This document shows, piece by piece, positions 55,742 through 64,000 of a stretch of 64,000 nt of DNA. Position 1 is the first letter of the stretch. Each line of letters begins with the position of its first letter. The stretch comes from Dehalococcoidia bacterium. Its GTDB lineage: Bacteria; Chloroflexota; Dehalococcoidia; Lucifugimonadales; UBA1127. The notes beneath the pieces were generated by a model. That model was not told where the DNA came from. It did no database searches and was given only the letters and a program-made list of their open reading frames with translations. The position numbers were made by a program, and so were the translations under genes. The stretch covers positions 258,587 to 322,586 of the forward strand of contig CBDBGD010000007.1 in NCBI GenBank assembly GCA_965205235.1. Direction: 5' to 3'.

Positions 55742-56632
55742 CTACCCCAAACCCAGCGACTCCAGCGTTCGCTGCAGCTCCTTGCGGGTCGTGTCGTCGA
55801 TCTCGGGACCCGGTGGCCGGACCTTGGCGGTCTGCAGAGCGCCTCTGTGCTTGAAGATCTCCTTGCGGATGCTCAGGCTGATCCCGGCCTGGGCCTCGTA
55901 GCGGATGAGGGGAACGTTCCGGTAGAAGACCTCCCGGGCGCGCTCCTCGTCCCCTTCCACAACATTGCGATAGATCTCTACCAGCACCTCGGGATAGGCA
56001 TAGCCCGTCATCGTACCGCAGGCCCCGCGCGTCAACTCCTCCAATAGGTATACGCCGCCGAGGCCGCCGAAGATGCCCAGGCTGTCGCCCGCGGCCGCTC
56101 TGACCGCGGTGATCTTAGGGGGAGTGGGCGGCTCCTCAAGCTTCAGGTATTTGGCCTGCTCCAACTCGTTGTGGAGCCGTGCGATGAAGGGCGGGGGCAT
56201 GAAGACGTTGTTGACCTCCGGGAAGTCCTGGATGACGAGGGTGATTGGGACCTCGTTGATGGCCTTGTAGTAGGCGAATACGCCATCCAGGTTGGTCTTG
56301 CGGACCGTGGGCGGCGCCACCATCACCGCATCGGCGCCCATCTCGTGGGCGTTGGCGGCGTTCAGGACGGCCGTGTGGGTGCTCTGTCCCGTGGCGCCCA
56401 CCGTCACCTTCAGACGGCCCTTGGAGTGCTTGACCACCGTGCTCACGATGCGGTTCCGCTCATCCTCGGTGAGCCGGGCGTGCTCGCCCATCTCGCCCAG
56501 GCAGACCACGCCGTGGCAGCCGGCGTTGGCCGCGAGGTCCAAGAGGCGGGGAAGGTCCTCCTCGACCAGCTCCCGATTCTCGTCGAAGGGCGTGGGCATC
56601 ATCATGTGGATTCCGGCAAGGTCCTGTGCCAC
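55742..56632 (-). CDS. dihydrodipicolinate synthase-family (class I aldolase/deaminase) protein
   Basis: AGGAGG lies 5 nt before GTG 56632. Motifs TPFDENRELVEEDL, GVVCLGEMGEHARLTEDER, AVMVAPP. Confidence 0.85.
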   Translation of the reverse strand: MAQDLAGIHMMMPTPFDENRELVEEDLPRLLDLAANAGCHGVVCLGEMGEHARLTEDERNRIVSTVVKHSKGRLKVTVGATGQSTHTAVLNAANAHEMGADAVMVAPPTVRKTNLDGVFAYYKAINEVPITLVIQDFPEVNNVFMPPPFIARLHNELEQAKYLKLEEPPTPPKITAVRAAAGDSLGIFGGLGGVYLLEELTRGACGTMTGYAYPEVLVEIYRNVVEGDEERAREVFYRNVPLIRYEAQAGISLSIRKEIFKHRGALQTAKVRPPGPEIDDTTRKELQRTLESLGLG

Positions 56633-56634
56633 GG

Positions 56635-57318
56635 CTACCTCCTGCTGTTGGCTTCGGCTCGAAAGCGCTCGATGAACCCTGGGCGCTCGCCGCGGAACTC
56701 CGAGAAGCGACGCCCGGCGGCCAGTTGCTCCCGGGCATAGGCCTCCCATGCCTCGGCCTCCTGGCAGCGGGCCAGGCAGTCGCGCGCCTCCTCCGGCGTT
56801 GCGATGATCACGCCGTCCTCGTCGGCCAGGACCAGGTCGCCGGGACACACCGTCACGCCGCCCACCTGGACGGGGACGTTGACCGCTCCCTCCTCCAGAC
56901 CGCTGGGCTTGGTGACCATGCCCACGGTGCCTCGACAGAAGACGGGGAACTTCATGCGAATGATCCCGGTCTGGTCCGTGACGGGGCCGTCGGTCACTAT
57001 CCCAGCCACGCCTGCCTCCATGGCCTGCAGGCTGCCGAACTCGCCGGTGGTGGCGTGACGCAACTCCCCGGCGCGATTGATCACAAGGACGTCGCCGGGC
57101 TGGACGATCTCCGTGGCCTTGGCCACGGCCAGGTAGCTGCCCGGCACCGTCTGGACGGTCACAGCGGGGCCCACCAGCCTCACCGGCTTCCACAGGGCGC
57201 TGATGCCCGCATCCATCGCGGTGTCCAGCAGATGGCCCAGGGTGCCAGAGGCCACGGCGCGGTAGGCCTCGACGAGGTCTGGAGACAGAGCATCGACACG
57301 GGGATGTACGGTTATCAT
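56635..57318 (-). CDS. RraA-family protein
   Basis: GDVLVINRAG...TGEFGSLQA...GIVTDGPVTD. Second RraA paralog in the window. Confidence 0.8.
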   Translation of the reverse strand: MITVHPRVDALSPDLVEAYRAVASGTLGHLLDTAMDAGISALWKPVRLVGPAVTVQTVPGSYLAVAKATEIVQPGDVLVINRAGELRHATTGEFGSLQAMEAGVAGIVTDGPVTDQTGIIRMKFPVFCRGTVGMVTKPSGLEEGAVNVPVQVGGVTVCPGDLVLADEDGVIIATPEEARDCLARCQEAEAWEAYAREQLAAGRRFSEFRGERPGFIERFRAEANSRR

Positions 57319-57426
57319 GGCTTCTCCTCCACGGGTACGGCGCCCCCACGATACCGTGGGGCCCCTACCCTGTCAATCAAGGGCGAGAGCCTTGACGCCC
57401 CTACCCTGCGCTCCTATGATGCCGCC

Positions 57427-58416
57427 GTGCTCATCATCGACAGGAAGACCGTTGCGGCCGTGCTGGACTTCGACCAGCTGGTGGACGCGCTTGCGCCCGC
57501 CATGGTCGAGCTGAGCACGGGCGCGGTCTCGATGCCGCCGCGCACCGGGCCGCGGGTGGCCGAGGTTGGCGGCGTGCTGGGGGTCATGCCCGCGTACCTG
57601 CCGGGCTCACAGACGCTGGCGTGCAAACTGGTGAGCATCTACCCGAACAACGCAGCGCGGGACCTTCCCACGCACTCGGCGCTGGTCCTGGTGTTCGACG
57701 CGCCGACGGGTCTGCCGCTGGCGCTGATGGACGGCACCGACATCACCGCCACCCGCACGGCGGCGGGCTCCGCCCTGGCGACCCGGCTCCTCGCCCCGCC
57801 CGACGCGTCGGTGCTGACCATCGTGGGGACTGGGGTGCAAGCGCGGTCGCACGCGCTCGGCATCCCGAGGGTGTGGCCCGTGACAGAGGTGCGCATCGCT
57901 GGGCGGAGCGTCGACAAGGCGCGCGCGCTGGCGCAGGAGCTGGCCTCGGAGCTTGCCGTGCCGGTCCATGCGGCTTCGTCGGTCGAAGAGGCGCTGAGGG
58001 GGGCGGACATCGTCTGCACGACCACGCACGCTACGGAGCCGGTGCTTCGCTGGGAGTGGCTGGCGCAGGGCGCGCACGTCAACGCCGTGGGGTTGGACGT
58101 GGAGGGCCGGGAGCTGGACGAGGACACGGTGGCGAACTCCGCTGTGTTCGTGGAGTCGAGGGCGTCTGTGCTGGCGCCGCCGCCCGCGGGGGCGAACGAT
58201 CTGCTGTTCCCCATCCGCGACGGGCGGATCACGGCGGAGCACATCCTGGCGGAGGTGGGCGAGGTAGTGGCGGGGTCGCACCCCGGCCGGACGTCCGCGG
58301 GGCAAGTCACGCTGTACAAGTCCGTGGGCGTGGCCGTCCAGGATGCCGTGGCGGCCAAGCTGGTGCTGGACGCCGCCCGCGAGCGGGGCCTGGGGCTGGA
58401 GGTCTCGGTCGAGTAG
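57427..58416 (+). CDS. ornithine cyclodeaminase / mu-crystallin family protein
   Basis: ITATRTAAGSALATRLLA, TIVGTGVQARSH (Rossmann fold), VNAVG. The GTG 57427 start is inferred and the SD is weak. Confidence 0.8.
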   Translation: MLIIDRKTVAAVLDFDQLVDALAPAMVELSTGAVSMPPRTGPRVAEVGGVLGVMPAYLPGSQTLACKLVSIYPNNAARDLPTHSALVLVFDAPTGLPLALMDGTDITATRTAAGSALATRLLAPPDASVLTIVGTGVQARSHALGIPRVWPVTEVRIAGRSVDKARALAQELASELAVPVHAASSVEEALRGADIVCTTTHATEPVLRWEWLAQGAHVNAVGLDVEGRELDEDTVANSAVFVESRASVLAPPPAGANDLLFPIRDGRITAEHILAEVGEVVAGSHPGRTSAGQVTLYKSVGVAVQDAVAAKLVLDAARERGLGLEVSVE

Positions 58417-58419
58417 GCG

Positions 58420-58767
58420 CTAGGACACGGGGGACGAGAAGAAGAAGACGTTGCCCTCGGTGTCTGCGAGGTCGGCCAGCTTGATGCCCTCGGCGGCGCG
58501 GAGGATGGGCCCACGGAGGAGCTGCCCCCCGCCGTCCTGCACCTCCCGGCACGCGCCGTCGATGTCGTCGACCTCGAAGCTGAGGCCCGTGCGGGTCTGC
58601 TCGCCGGTGCCGCCTGCGTGGAGGGCGACGGTGGAGTCGCCGAGGGTGAGCTCGGACCAGCCGGGGGTGTGGAGCTTCACGTCGAGCCCCACCACGTCGT
58701 GGTAGAAGCGCACGCCGCGCTCCATGTCCTGCACCATAAGCATGTAGAGGGTCTTGCGGACTTTCAC
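58420..58767 (-). CDS. VOC/glyoxalase-family protein
   Basis: GAGGAGGGA precedes GTG 58767. A beta-alpha-beta-beta-beta pattern (MVQDMERGVRFYHDVVGLDV...ADTEGNVFFF). Confidence 0.8.
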   Translation of the reverse strand: MKVRKTLYMLMVQDMERGVRFYHDVVGLDVKLHTPGWSELTLGDSTVALHAGGTGEQTRTGLSFEVDDIDGACREVQDGGGQLLRGPILRAAEGIKLADLADTEGNVFFFSSPVS

Positions 58768-58932
58768 TGCTTCCCTCCTCGCCGTGGGATGTGGCTGCAT
58801 GGTACACCCGGCAGCGGCGGTGCGCCGGGGGGATTCGAGTCGATTCGTTTCGTTTTGCGCGTTTTTTTCCCGGCTCGTCCGTGCCTGGGGTCGCGTCTCC
58901 TGCGCTCGAAACAGGTTTGAGGTTGATTCGCT

Positions 58933-59131
58933 GTTGTTCCGCGTCGGGTTGGGGGACAGCTTGGACTCGTTCTTTCGTCCGACCGTCGGAGAAAGGGGCC
59001 AGATTGGGGGTTGTTCCGCAAGGTGGGGTTGGAACCGAGCGGCGCAGGTACGAAACGAACGCCGCGCGGAACAACCGCGGAACAACGTCCAGATAGGGAG
59101 CAGGGGCCGGGTGAAGGGGGCGCGGAACAAG
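58933..59131. repeat. array of five CGCGGAACAA(C/G) sites (2 in one orientation, 3 in the other)
   Basis: GTTGTTCCGC at 58933-58942 and 59010-59019. CGCGGAACAAC at 59065-59075 and 59076-59086 (tandem, 11-nt step). CGCGGAACAAG at 59121-59131. Confidence 0.6.
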
Positions 59132-59249
59132 CAGGGCAAGCCCTGCACCCTAAGCTTTCGTCGTTGGGCCAGGGCGAAGGGTGGAAGTGGAAGGCGTCGA
59201 GGTCCCTCGGCCTTCGGAGGAACGACGATTGTGGTCGTGCGCGTGCGGT

Positions 59250-59322
59250 GGGTGGGCATGGGGGTATGGTAGGGGATGGAGGGGTGAGCGGAAAGGGGGA
59301 GATGGCAGGGGGGTGGGGCGGG
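59250..59322 (+). other. G-run tract (10 runs of G3-G6), potential G-quadruplex
   Basis: Read directly from ...GGGTGGGCATGGGGGTATGGTAGGGGATGGAGGGGTGAGCGGAAAGGGGGAGATGGCAGGGGGGTGGGGCGGG. Confidence 0.5.
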
Positions 59323-59329
59323 CCCGGCG

Positions 59330-59536
59330 CTACAGGGCCACTGACACCTGTCGGGTCTCAATGGTCAGGGGCAAGCCCTGTTCGGCGCGCACCTCCATGC
59401 ACAGGGAGATGGCCTCCTGGATGTTGGCGAGGGCCTCGGCCTTGGTCCGGCCCTGGCTGACGCAGCCCGGGACGGCTGGACACTCGACGATCCAAACGCC
59501 GTCCTCGTCTCTGTCGATGGTTACGGTGAGCTTCAT
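59330..59536 (-). CDS. hicB: HicB-family antitoxin (UPF0150)
   Basis: MKLTVTIDRDEDGVWIVECPAVPGCVSQGRTKAEALANIQEAISLCMEV. Confidence 0.8.
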   Translation of the reverse strand: MKLTVTIDRDEDGVWIVECPAVPGCVSQGRTKAEALANIQEAISLCMEVRAEQGLPLTIETRQVSVAL

Positions 59537-59716
59537 GGTTGTACTTCTCTGGCAAGCGATTCGTGAGTTAGGGCACAACGCTACACGACAGCGGTTGCCA
59601 TGTAAAGCGTTCGGCGCACGGCCGGCGTGGGTGCGGTAGACTGGGGGCGCCCCGCAGGGCGGCCAGCCGCCAAAGCATGGCGGGAGCGGGTGCGACGCGC
59701 AAGGAGGTGGGAGTTG

Positions 59717-61318
59717 GTGAACGTGTCGGCGGAGAAGGGGACTGGCTGGGGGTGGATCGAGGCGAACCGAAAGCGGCTGTCGGACTTCCACCTTCGGATA
59801 TGGGGGTACGCGGAGACGGCGTGGCGGGAGTACCGGTCGGCGGCGGCGTACTGCGACCTGCTGCGGTCGGAGGGGTTCACGGTGGAGGAGGGCTCGGGGG
59901 AGATGCCGACGGCGTTCGTGGCGACGTGGGGGAGCGGCGGGCCGGTGCTGGGGACGTACGCGGAGTACGACGCGGTGCCCGGCCACTCGCAGCAGCCGGT
60001 CCCGTACCGTGCGCCGCGGGAGGGGCTGCACCCGTGGGCGCCGGGCCACACAGACCCGCACTCGTCGCTGGGGACGGCGGCGCTGATGGGGGTGCTGGGG
60101 GCGAAGGCGGCCATGGAGCGCCACGGGCTGCCGGGCACGCTGCGCCTCTATGGCGAGCCTGCGGAGAAGGTGTGCGGGTCGAAGCCCGTGCACGCCGCCA
60201 AGGGCTACCTGGACGGCGTCGACGCGTTCATCTCGTACCACCCGCACACGACGAACACGACGATCTGGGACACGCACTGCGGGTCGTACTGGAGCGTCGT
60301 CGTCACCTTCGAGTGCACGGAGCCGGAGAAGTGGACGGACGCGAGGCTGCTGGTGTCGCCGGACCGGCCGCACACCGTGCCCCGCTGCCCGGGGGCCATC
60401 GACGCGCTGTGCCTGATGTACACGACGACCAAGTACACCAAGGAGGCGATGTTCCCGCACACGGGCACGTGGACGCTCAACGAGTTCATCCTGGCGGGCG
60501 GGCAGTGCACGTCGGACAACCTGCCGCCGCGGATCAGCCAGATCCAGTACGCGTGGCGGTCGCCGACGCTGGCAATCCAGGAGCAGATCGCGCGGGTGCT
60601 GGCGTCGAACGCCCGGCACGCTGCGGCGGCGACGGGCTGCGTCGCATCGATGCGGTGGGTGACCAAGACGCGGGTGGGGCTTCCGAACCACGCCATGGCG
60701 GAGGTGGCCTATCGCAACCTGGAGCTGGCCGGCGCGCCCGCGTACGACGAGTCGGCGCGGGAGTTCGCCAGGGAGGTGCAGCGCAACCTGGGCCTGGCGC
60801 CGCAGGACGACCCGTTCACCGTCGAAGGCCAGCGGCTGGTGACGCCGCAGGAGTACGAGGCCGAGCAGCGCCGGGGACTGCCTCCGTGGCAGGCCAACTT
60901 CACGTCGGACGATTATGTCGACTACACGTGGCACGCACCGACGGTGCGGCTGCACACGTCGCGGCCCCGGCTGCGGCCGCCGGAGCCGGGCTACACGTAC
61001 CCCGCGTGGGTGAACGTCGCCATGGGCGGCGTGCCGGCGTGCATCGACCCGGGCATGTTCGCCGCGGGGCGGGCCATCAGCGGCACGCTGGTGGACCTGC
61101 TGACGCAGCCGGAGGAGCTGGAACGGGCGCAGGTGGAGTTCCGCGAGCGGACGGGCGGGGGCGTCGGCGGGACGCGGTGGGTGGCGCCGCTGCTGCCGCG
61201 CGACTTCGTGCCGCCGGTGGACCTGCGGTGGCCGGAGTACGTGACGACGCCTCGGGGCGAGGAGTGGTGGCTGCCCACGCCCAACCCGGCCGCGGCGGAG
61301 GTCTCGCTGAGCGGTTGA
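59717..61318 (+). CDS. M20-family amidohydrolase (AbgB-like)
   Basis: AAGGAGG is upstream, with start candidates TTG 59714 and GTG 59717. Motifs FHLRIWGYAETAWREYRSAAYC..LL..EGF.V, TYAEYDAVPG, YHPH. Confidence 0.7.
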   Translation: MNVSAEKGTGWGWIEANRKRLSDFHLRIWGYAETAWREYRSAAAYCDLLRSEGFTVEEGSGEMPTAFVATWGSGGPVLGTYAEYDAVPGHSQQPVPYRAPREGLHPWAPGHTDPHSSLGTAALMGVLGAKAAMERHGLPGTLRLYGEPAEKVCGSKPVHAAKGYLDGVDAFISYHPHTTNTTIWDTHCGSYWSVVVTFECTEPEKWTDARLLVSPDRPHTVPRCPGAIDALCLMYTTTKYTKEAMFPHTGTWTLNEFILAGGQCTSDNLPPRISQIQYAWRSPTLAIQEQIARVLASNARHAAAATGCVASMRWVTKTRVGLPNHAMAEVAYRNLELAGAPAYDESAREFAREVQRNLGLAPQDDPFTVEGQRLVTPQEYEAEQRRGLPPWQANFTSDDYVDYTWHAPTVRLHTSRPRLRPPEPGYTYPAWVNVAMGGVPACIDPGMFAAGRAISGTLVDLLTQPEELERAQVEFRERTGGGVGGTRWVAPLLPRDFVPPVDLRWPEYVTTPRGEEWWLPTPNPAAAEVSLSG

Positions 61319-61379
61319 CGCTCAGCACGGGGCTGCCTATCGTGGGGGCGCGAATCCTAGGGAGCATCGAGGAGGAGTG

Positions 61380-61931
61380 ATGGCACAGGTGCACCGAATC
61401 CCGGTCGAGAAGATGACGGAGAAGGCCTTCCGGCCGTTCGGCCAGCTCATGCTCTCCAAGGAGAAGCCGCCGTACGAGGGGGTGTCCTACCGGCTGAAGT
61501 TCGAGGCCGGTAAGACGCAAATCGGCACCAACTGGCTGCCGTACAAGGGCTTTCGGTTCACGGGGCTGGAGCAGCACCTGCACGTGAGCCAGTCGTTCGT
61601 GCACCTGCAGGGCGCGCCGGCGGTCTTGGCCGTGGCCGCCCCCACGGACCCGAGCAAGCCCGACTCGATACCCAAGCCGGAGGACGTCCACGTCTTCCTC
61701 ATCGAGCCGCACACGGGCTACCTGCTGAAGCGGGGGACGTGGCACTCGGACCGGCTGCCGCTGTACGAGCCGGGGTCGATGATGGTGATCATCACCGACG
61801 TGGAGACGAACCTGGACCTGCGGGCGCACGGTGGGATGACGTCGCCGCCGGACAAGCGCGGCGGGTGGAAGTGGAACCGCATCGTGGACTACGAGCACGA
61901 CTACGGGGTGGCGTTCGAGGTCGAGTTCTAG
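61380..61931 (+). CDS. ureidoglycolate lyase (AllA)-like cupin protein
   Basis: KAFRPFGQL, LEQHLHVSQSFVHL, GTWHS. Confidence 0.65.
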   Translation: MAQVHRIPVEKMTEKAFRPFGQLMLSKEKPPYEGVSYRLKFEAGKTQIGTNWLPYKGFRFTGLEQHLHVSQSFVHLQGAPAVLAVAAPTDPSKPDSIPKPEDVHVFLIEPHTGYLLKRGTWHSDRLPLYEPGSMMVIITDVETNLDLRAHGGMTSPPDKRGGWKWNRIVDYEHDYGVAFEVEF

Positions 61932-61942
61932 CGAGGGCGGCG

Positions 61943-64000
61943 CTAGTCGTCGGCGGGCTGCTTCTCCGGCTCCGGCTCGGCGCCGAGGCTCTCGGCGAGG
62001 AGCTCCAGGATGTCGACGGCCTGGTGCTCCGCCTCTGCGCCCTTGGCCGAGATGCCCTCGGTGAGCATCTGGAGGCAGTAGGGGCAGGAGACGCCGACCT
62101 TCTGTGCGCCCGTGCCCAGGAAATGCTCCGTGCGGCGGTGGCTGATGCGCGTGCCCTCCTCCTCCATCCACAGGTGGCCGCCGCCCGCGCCACAGCAGAA
62201 GCCGCGCTGCCGGTTGTGCGGCTCCATCTCCAGCAGCTCGAGGCCGGGGATGGCCTTTGCGACGTTGCGGGGCGCGTCGTAGACGCCGTTGTGGCGGCCG
62301 AGGTAGCAGGAGTCGTGGTAGGCGACGGTGGCCTGCACCGTGCGCAGGGGGCGTAGGCGACCCTTCTCGATGAGCTCCTCCACGAACTGGGCGTAGTGGA
62401 GCACCTCGAACTCGCCGCCGAAGTGGGGGTACTCGTTCTTCATCGTGTTGAAGCAGTGGGGGCAGATGGTGACGATGCGCTTCACGTTGTAGCCCTTGAG
62501 GACCTGGATGTTCTGCTCCGCCATGATCTGGTAGAGGTACTCGTTGCCCAGGCGGCGGGCCGGGTCGCCGGTGCAGGATTCCTCGTTGCCGAGGATGGCA
62601 AAGCGGACTTTGGCGGCGCGGAAGACGGAGACCATCGCCCGGGGGATGGCCTGGCTGCGCTGCTCGAGCGCGCCGGTGCAGCCCACCCAGAAGAGTACCT
62701 CAGGGTTCGACTCCTCGGCCATGGTGGGGACGTCCAGTCCCTCGGCCCAGTCGGTGCGGGAGTAGGTGGTGCCGCGCCAGGGGTGGCCGCGCTGCTCCAT
62801 GCTCTGGAGGGCGGTCATGGCCTGCTCCGGCATCTCAGCCCGCTCCATGACGAGGTGGCGGCGCATGTCGATGATGCTGTCGATGTGCTCGACGCCGACG
62901 GGGCACTCCTGGACGCAGGCGCCGCAGGTGACGCAGTCCCAGATGGCCTGCACCGGCGTGCCGCCGCCGATGACGGGGACGGAGGGCTCTTCGCCCGAGA
63001 GGACGACCTGCCCGTGCTCAGAGAGGTACTCCTTGAGGCCCTCGACGACGTGCATGGGCGAGAGGACCTTGCCGGTGAGGTTGGCGGGACAGTTGTCGGT
63101 GCAGCGGCCGCAGACGGCGCAGGCGTAGCCGTCGAGGAGCTCCTTCCACGTGAAGTCCTGGATGCGGCCGGCGCCGAAGCTCTCGACGGTCTCGAGGTCG
63201 CGTATGGGCTCGAGCGTACCCATGGGCTCGAGGCGGCGGAGGAAGGCGTTGAAGGGCGAGGCGACGATGTGCATGTGCTTGGAGAAGGGGATGTAGATGG
63301 CAAAGCCGAGGACGGTGAAGAGGTGCAGCCACCAGAAGAGGCCCTGCAGGGTGTCGGCGAAGTTGCCGTCGATGCCCACGCTTGCGGCGGCGTCGCCGAT
63401 GGCCTTGCCGATGGGCACCGTCGCCAGCACACCCGTGCCGCCGGACGCCACGTACATGGCCTCAGTCCCCAGCCAGAGGACCATCAGGATGATCTCCAGC
63501 CCCATGACGAAGACCGTCTCGCCGGAGCGGGTGAGGTCGAAGGAGAGGCGGTGGGGGCGCACGACCCAGCGCCGGGCGAGGGCCCACACGAAGACGACGA
63601 GCAACACGCCGGCGTAGATGTCGAGGTACCAGCCGAAGACCTTGAGGCCGGGCTCGGTCAGGACCGTCTGGGAGAACTGCCGCCACACGGAATCGCCGAA
63701 CTTCAGCAGCACGTAGCCCAGGTTGAACGACAGGAAGCTCCAGAAGATGAGCGCGTGGGCGATGCCGGCCATGTCGAAGTGTCGAATCGAGACGCTGCGG
63801 AGCACCCGCCACTGGGCCATGACGATGATGAAGGCGTTCCAGAGGCGCCGTACCGGCTGGTCGAACCGGGCCGACCTGCGGCCCATGACGACGAACGCGA
63901 AGACTCGGCGGTGGAGCAGATAGCCGTGGAGACCGAGGGCGATGAAGGTTGCGAGGGCCACCCCAATGGCGATGGGAATGGTGTCGAAGATGTCTCCGGG
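61943..64000 (-). CDS. membrane-anchored Fe-S oxidoreductase, HdrD/DsrK-like with NarI-like N-terminal domain; possibly 5' partial
   Basis: 5-6 N-terminal TM helices. Two ferredoxin motifs (CAVCGRCTDNCP, CVTCGACVQECP). CCG-type Cys motifs (CPHCFNT, CCGAGGG, CPYC). The frame stays open from GTG 63961 to the right window edge. Confidence 0.8.
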   Translation of the reverse strand, partial: PGDIFDTIPIAIGVALATFIALGLHGYLLHRRVFAFVVMGRRSARFDQPVRRLWNAFIIVMAQWRVLRSVSIRHFDMAGIAHALIFWSFLSFNLGYVLLKFGDSVWRQFSQTVLTEPGLKVFGWYLDIYAGVLLVVFVWALARRWVVRPHRLSFDLTRSGETVFVMGLEIILMVLWLGTEAMYVASGGTGVLATVPIGKAIGDAAASVGIDGNFADTLQGLFWWLHLFTVLGFAIYIPFSKHMHIVASPFNAFLRRLEPMGTLEPIRDLETVESFGAGRIQDFTWKELLDGYACAVCGRCTDNCPANLTGKVLSPMHVVEGLKEYLSEHGQVVLSGEEPSVPVIGGGTPVQAIWDCVTCGACVQECPVGVEHIDSIIDMRRHLVMERAEMPEQAMTALQSMEQRGHPWRGTTYSRTDWAEGLDVPTMAEESNPEVLFWVGCTGALEQRSQAIPRAMVSVFRAAKVRFAILGNEESCTGDPARRLGNEYLYQIMAEQNIQVLKGYNVKRIVTICPHCFNTMKNEYPHFGGEFEVLHYAQFVEELIEKGRLRPLRTVQATVAYHDSCYLGRHNGVYDAPRNVAKAIPGLELLEMEPHNRQRGFCCGAGGGHLWMEEEGTRISHRRTEHFLGTGAQKVGVSCPYCLQMLTEGISAKGAEAEHQAVDILELLAESLGAEPEPEKQPADD

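Noticed and set aside
55742-58416. ORF-track models of 535 aa (55742..57349, -) and 596 aa (56626..58416, +)
   Set aside because: Only the C-terminal ~297 aa (DapA-like) and ~329 aa (OCD-like) carry family motifs. The N-terminal extensions overlap the RraA gene out of frame or antisense and look like GC-driven read-through.
58833-58875. T7 run after GATTCG direct repeats, as a possible terminator
   Set aside because: No convincing GC-rich stem precedes the T run on the plus strand, and no plus-strand gene ends nearby.
59330-62171. Long ORFs 59330..60955(-), 59677..61380(+) and 61077..62171(-), 360-570 aa each
   Set aside because: They overlap the M20 amidohydrolase and ureidoglycolate-lyase-like genes in other frames or on the other strand. 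The sequences are dominated by R/P/G/A. Only the last 68 aa of 59330..60955 (HicB) are real.

Overview
64 kb of high-GC bacterial chromosome. By eye GC is about 60-70% in the flanks and about 48-58% in patches between 11 and 34 kb. I call roughly 60 protein genes and 2 tRNAs (Ser-UGA, Thr-CGU). There is no rRNA and no CRISPR array. All calls come from reading the six-frame track and the DNA, using motifs recalled from memory. No searches were run, so family names are motif-level inferences.

Gene content:
- 1-11 kb encodes cell-surface proteins: a 12-blade PD40 protein with a Cache domain, a cytochrome P450, a lipoprotein with five plant-type LRR modules, a TM2 protein and a coiled-coil HExxH peptidase.
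- 11.1-12.2 kb is a gene-poor scar.
- 12-17 kb and 21-35 kb hold mixed small-molecule enzymes: methyltransferases, GNATs, DinB-family, enolase-superfamily, Nudix and histidine phosphatase genes.
- 17.2-20.85 kb is a decayed integrative element: an XRE/ImmA switch, AlpA and an integrase stub.
- 24.0-26.75 kb is a lower-GC single gene for a PHP-phosphoesterase/SMC-like ABC ATPase fusion, wedged between proS and a beheaded HAD gene. It is a candidate defence island.
- 35-41.5 kb is an ABC-2 exporter locus with an inverted duplicate of its permease pair.
- 41.5-45.9 kb has an intact P4-type integrase next to tRNA-Ser with a small cargo.
- 46-64 kb is catabolic: two RraA-like genes, an amidase with a GatC-like small ORF, DapA-like, OCD-like, M20, ureidoglycolate-lyase-like and HdrD-like genes.

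Most notable observations:
1. A DUF3179 lipoprotein gene is interrupted by one in-frame TGA at the first Cys of its CxxC motif, followed at once by a SECIS-like stem-loop. This is a candidate new selenoprotein.
2. The PHP-ATPase single-gene island.
3. A phased array of five CGCGGAACAA sites plus a G-run tract in a 560-bp intergenic region.
4. 36/41-identical direct repeats exactly 7,500 bp apart bracket the LRR-TM2-peptidase block, with a P450 N-terminal fragment nearby.

The many long ORFs antisense to real genes are treated as high-GC artefacts. The taxon is not determinable here. The gene mix is compatible with a marine Chloroflexota-like or actinobacterial genome, but that is speculation.
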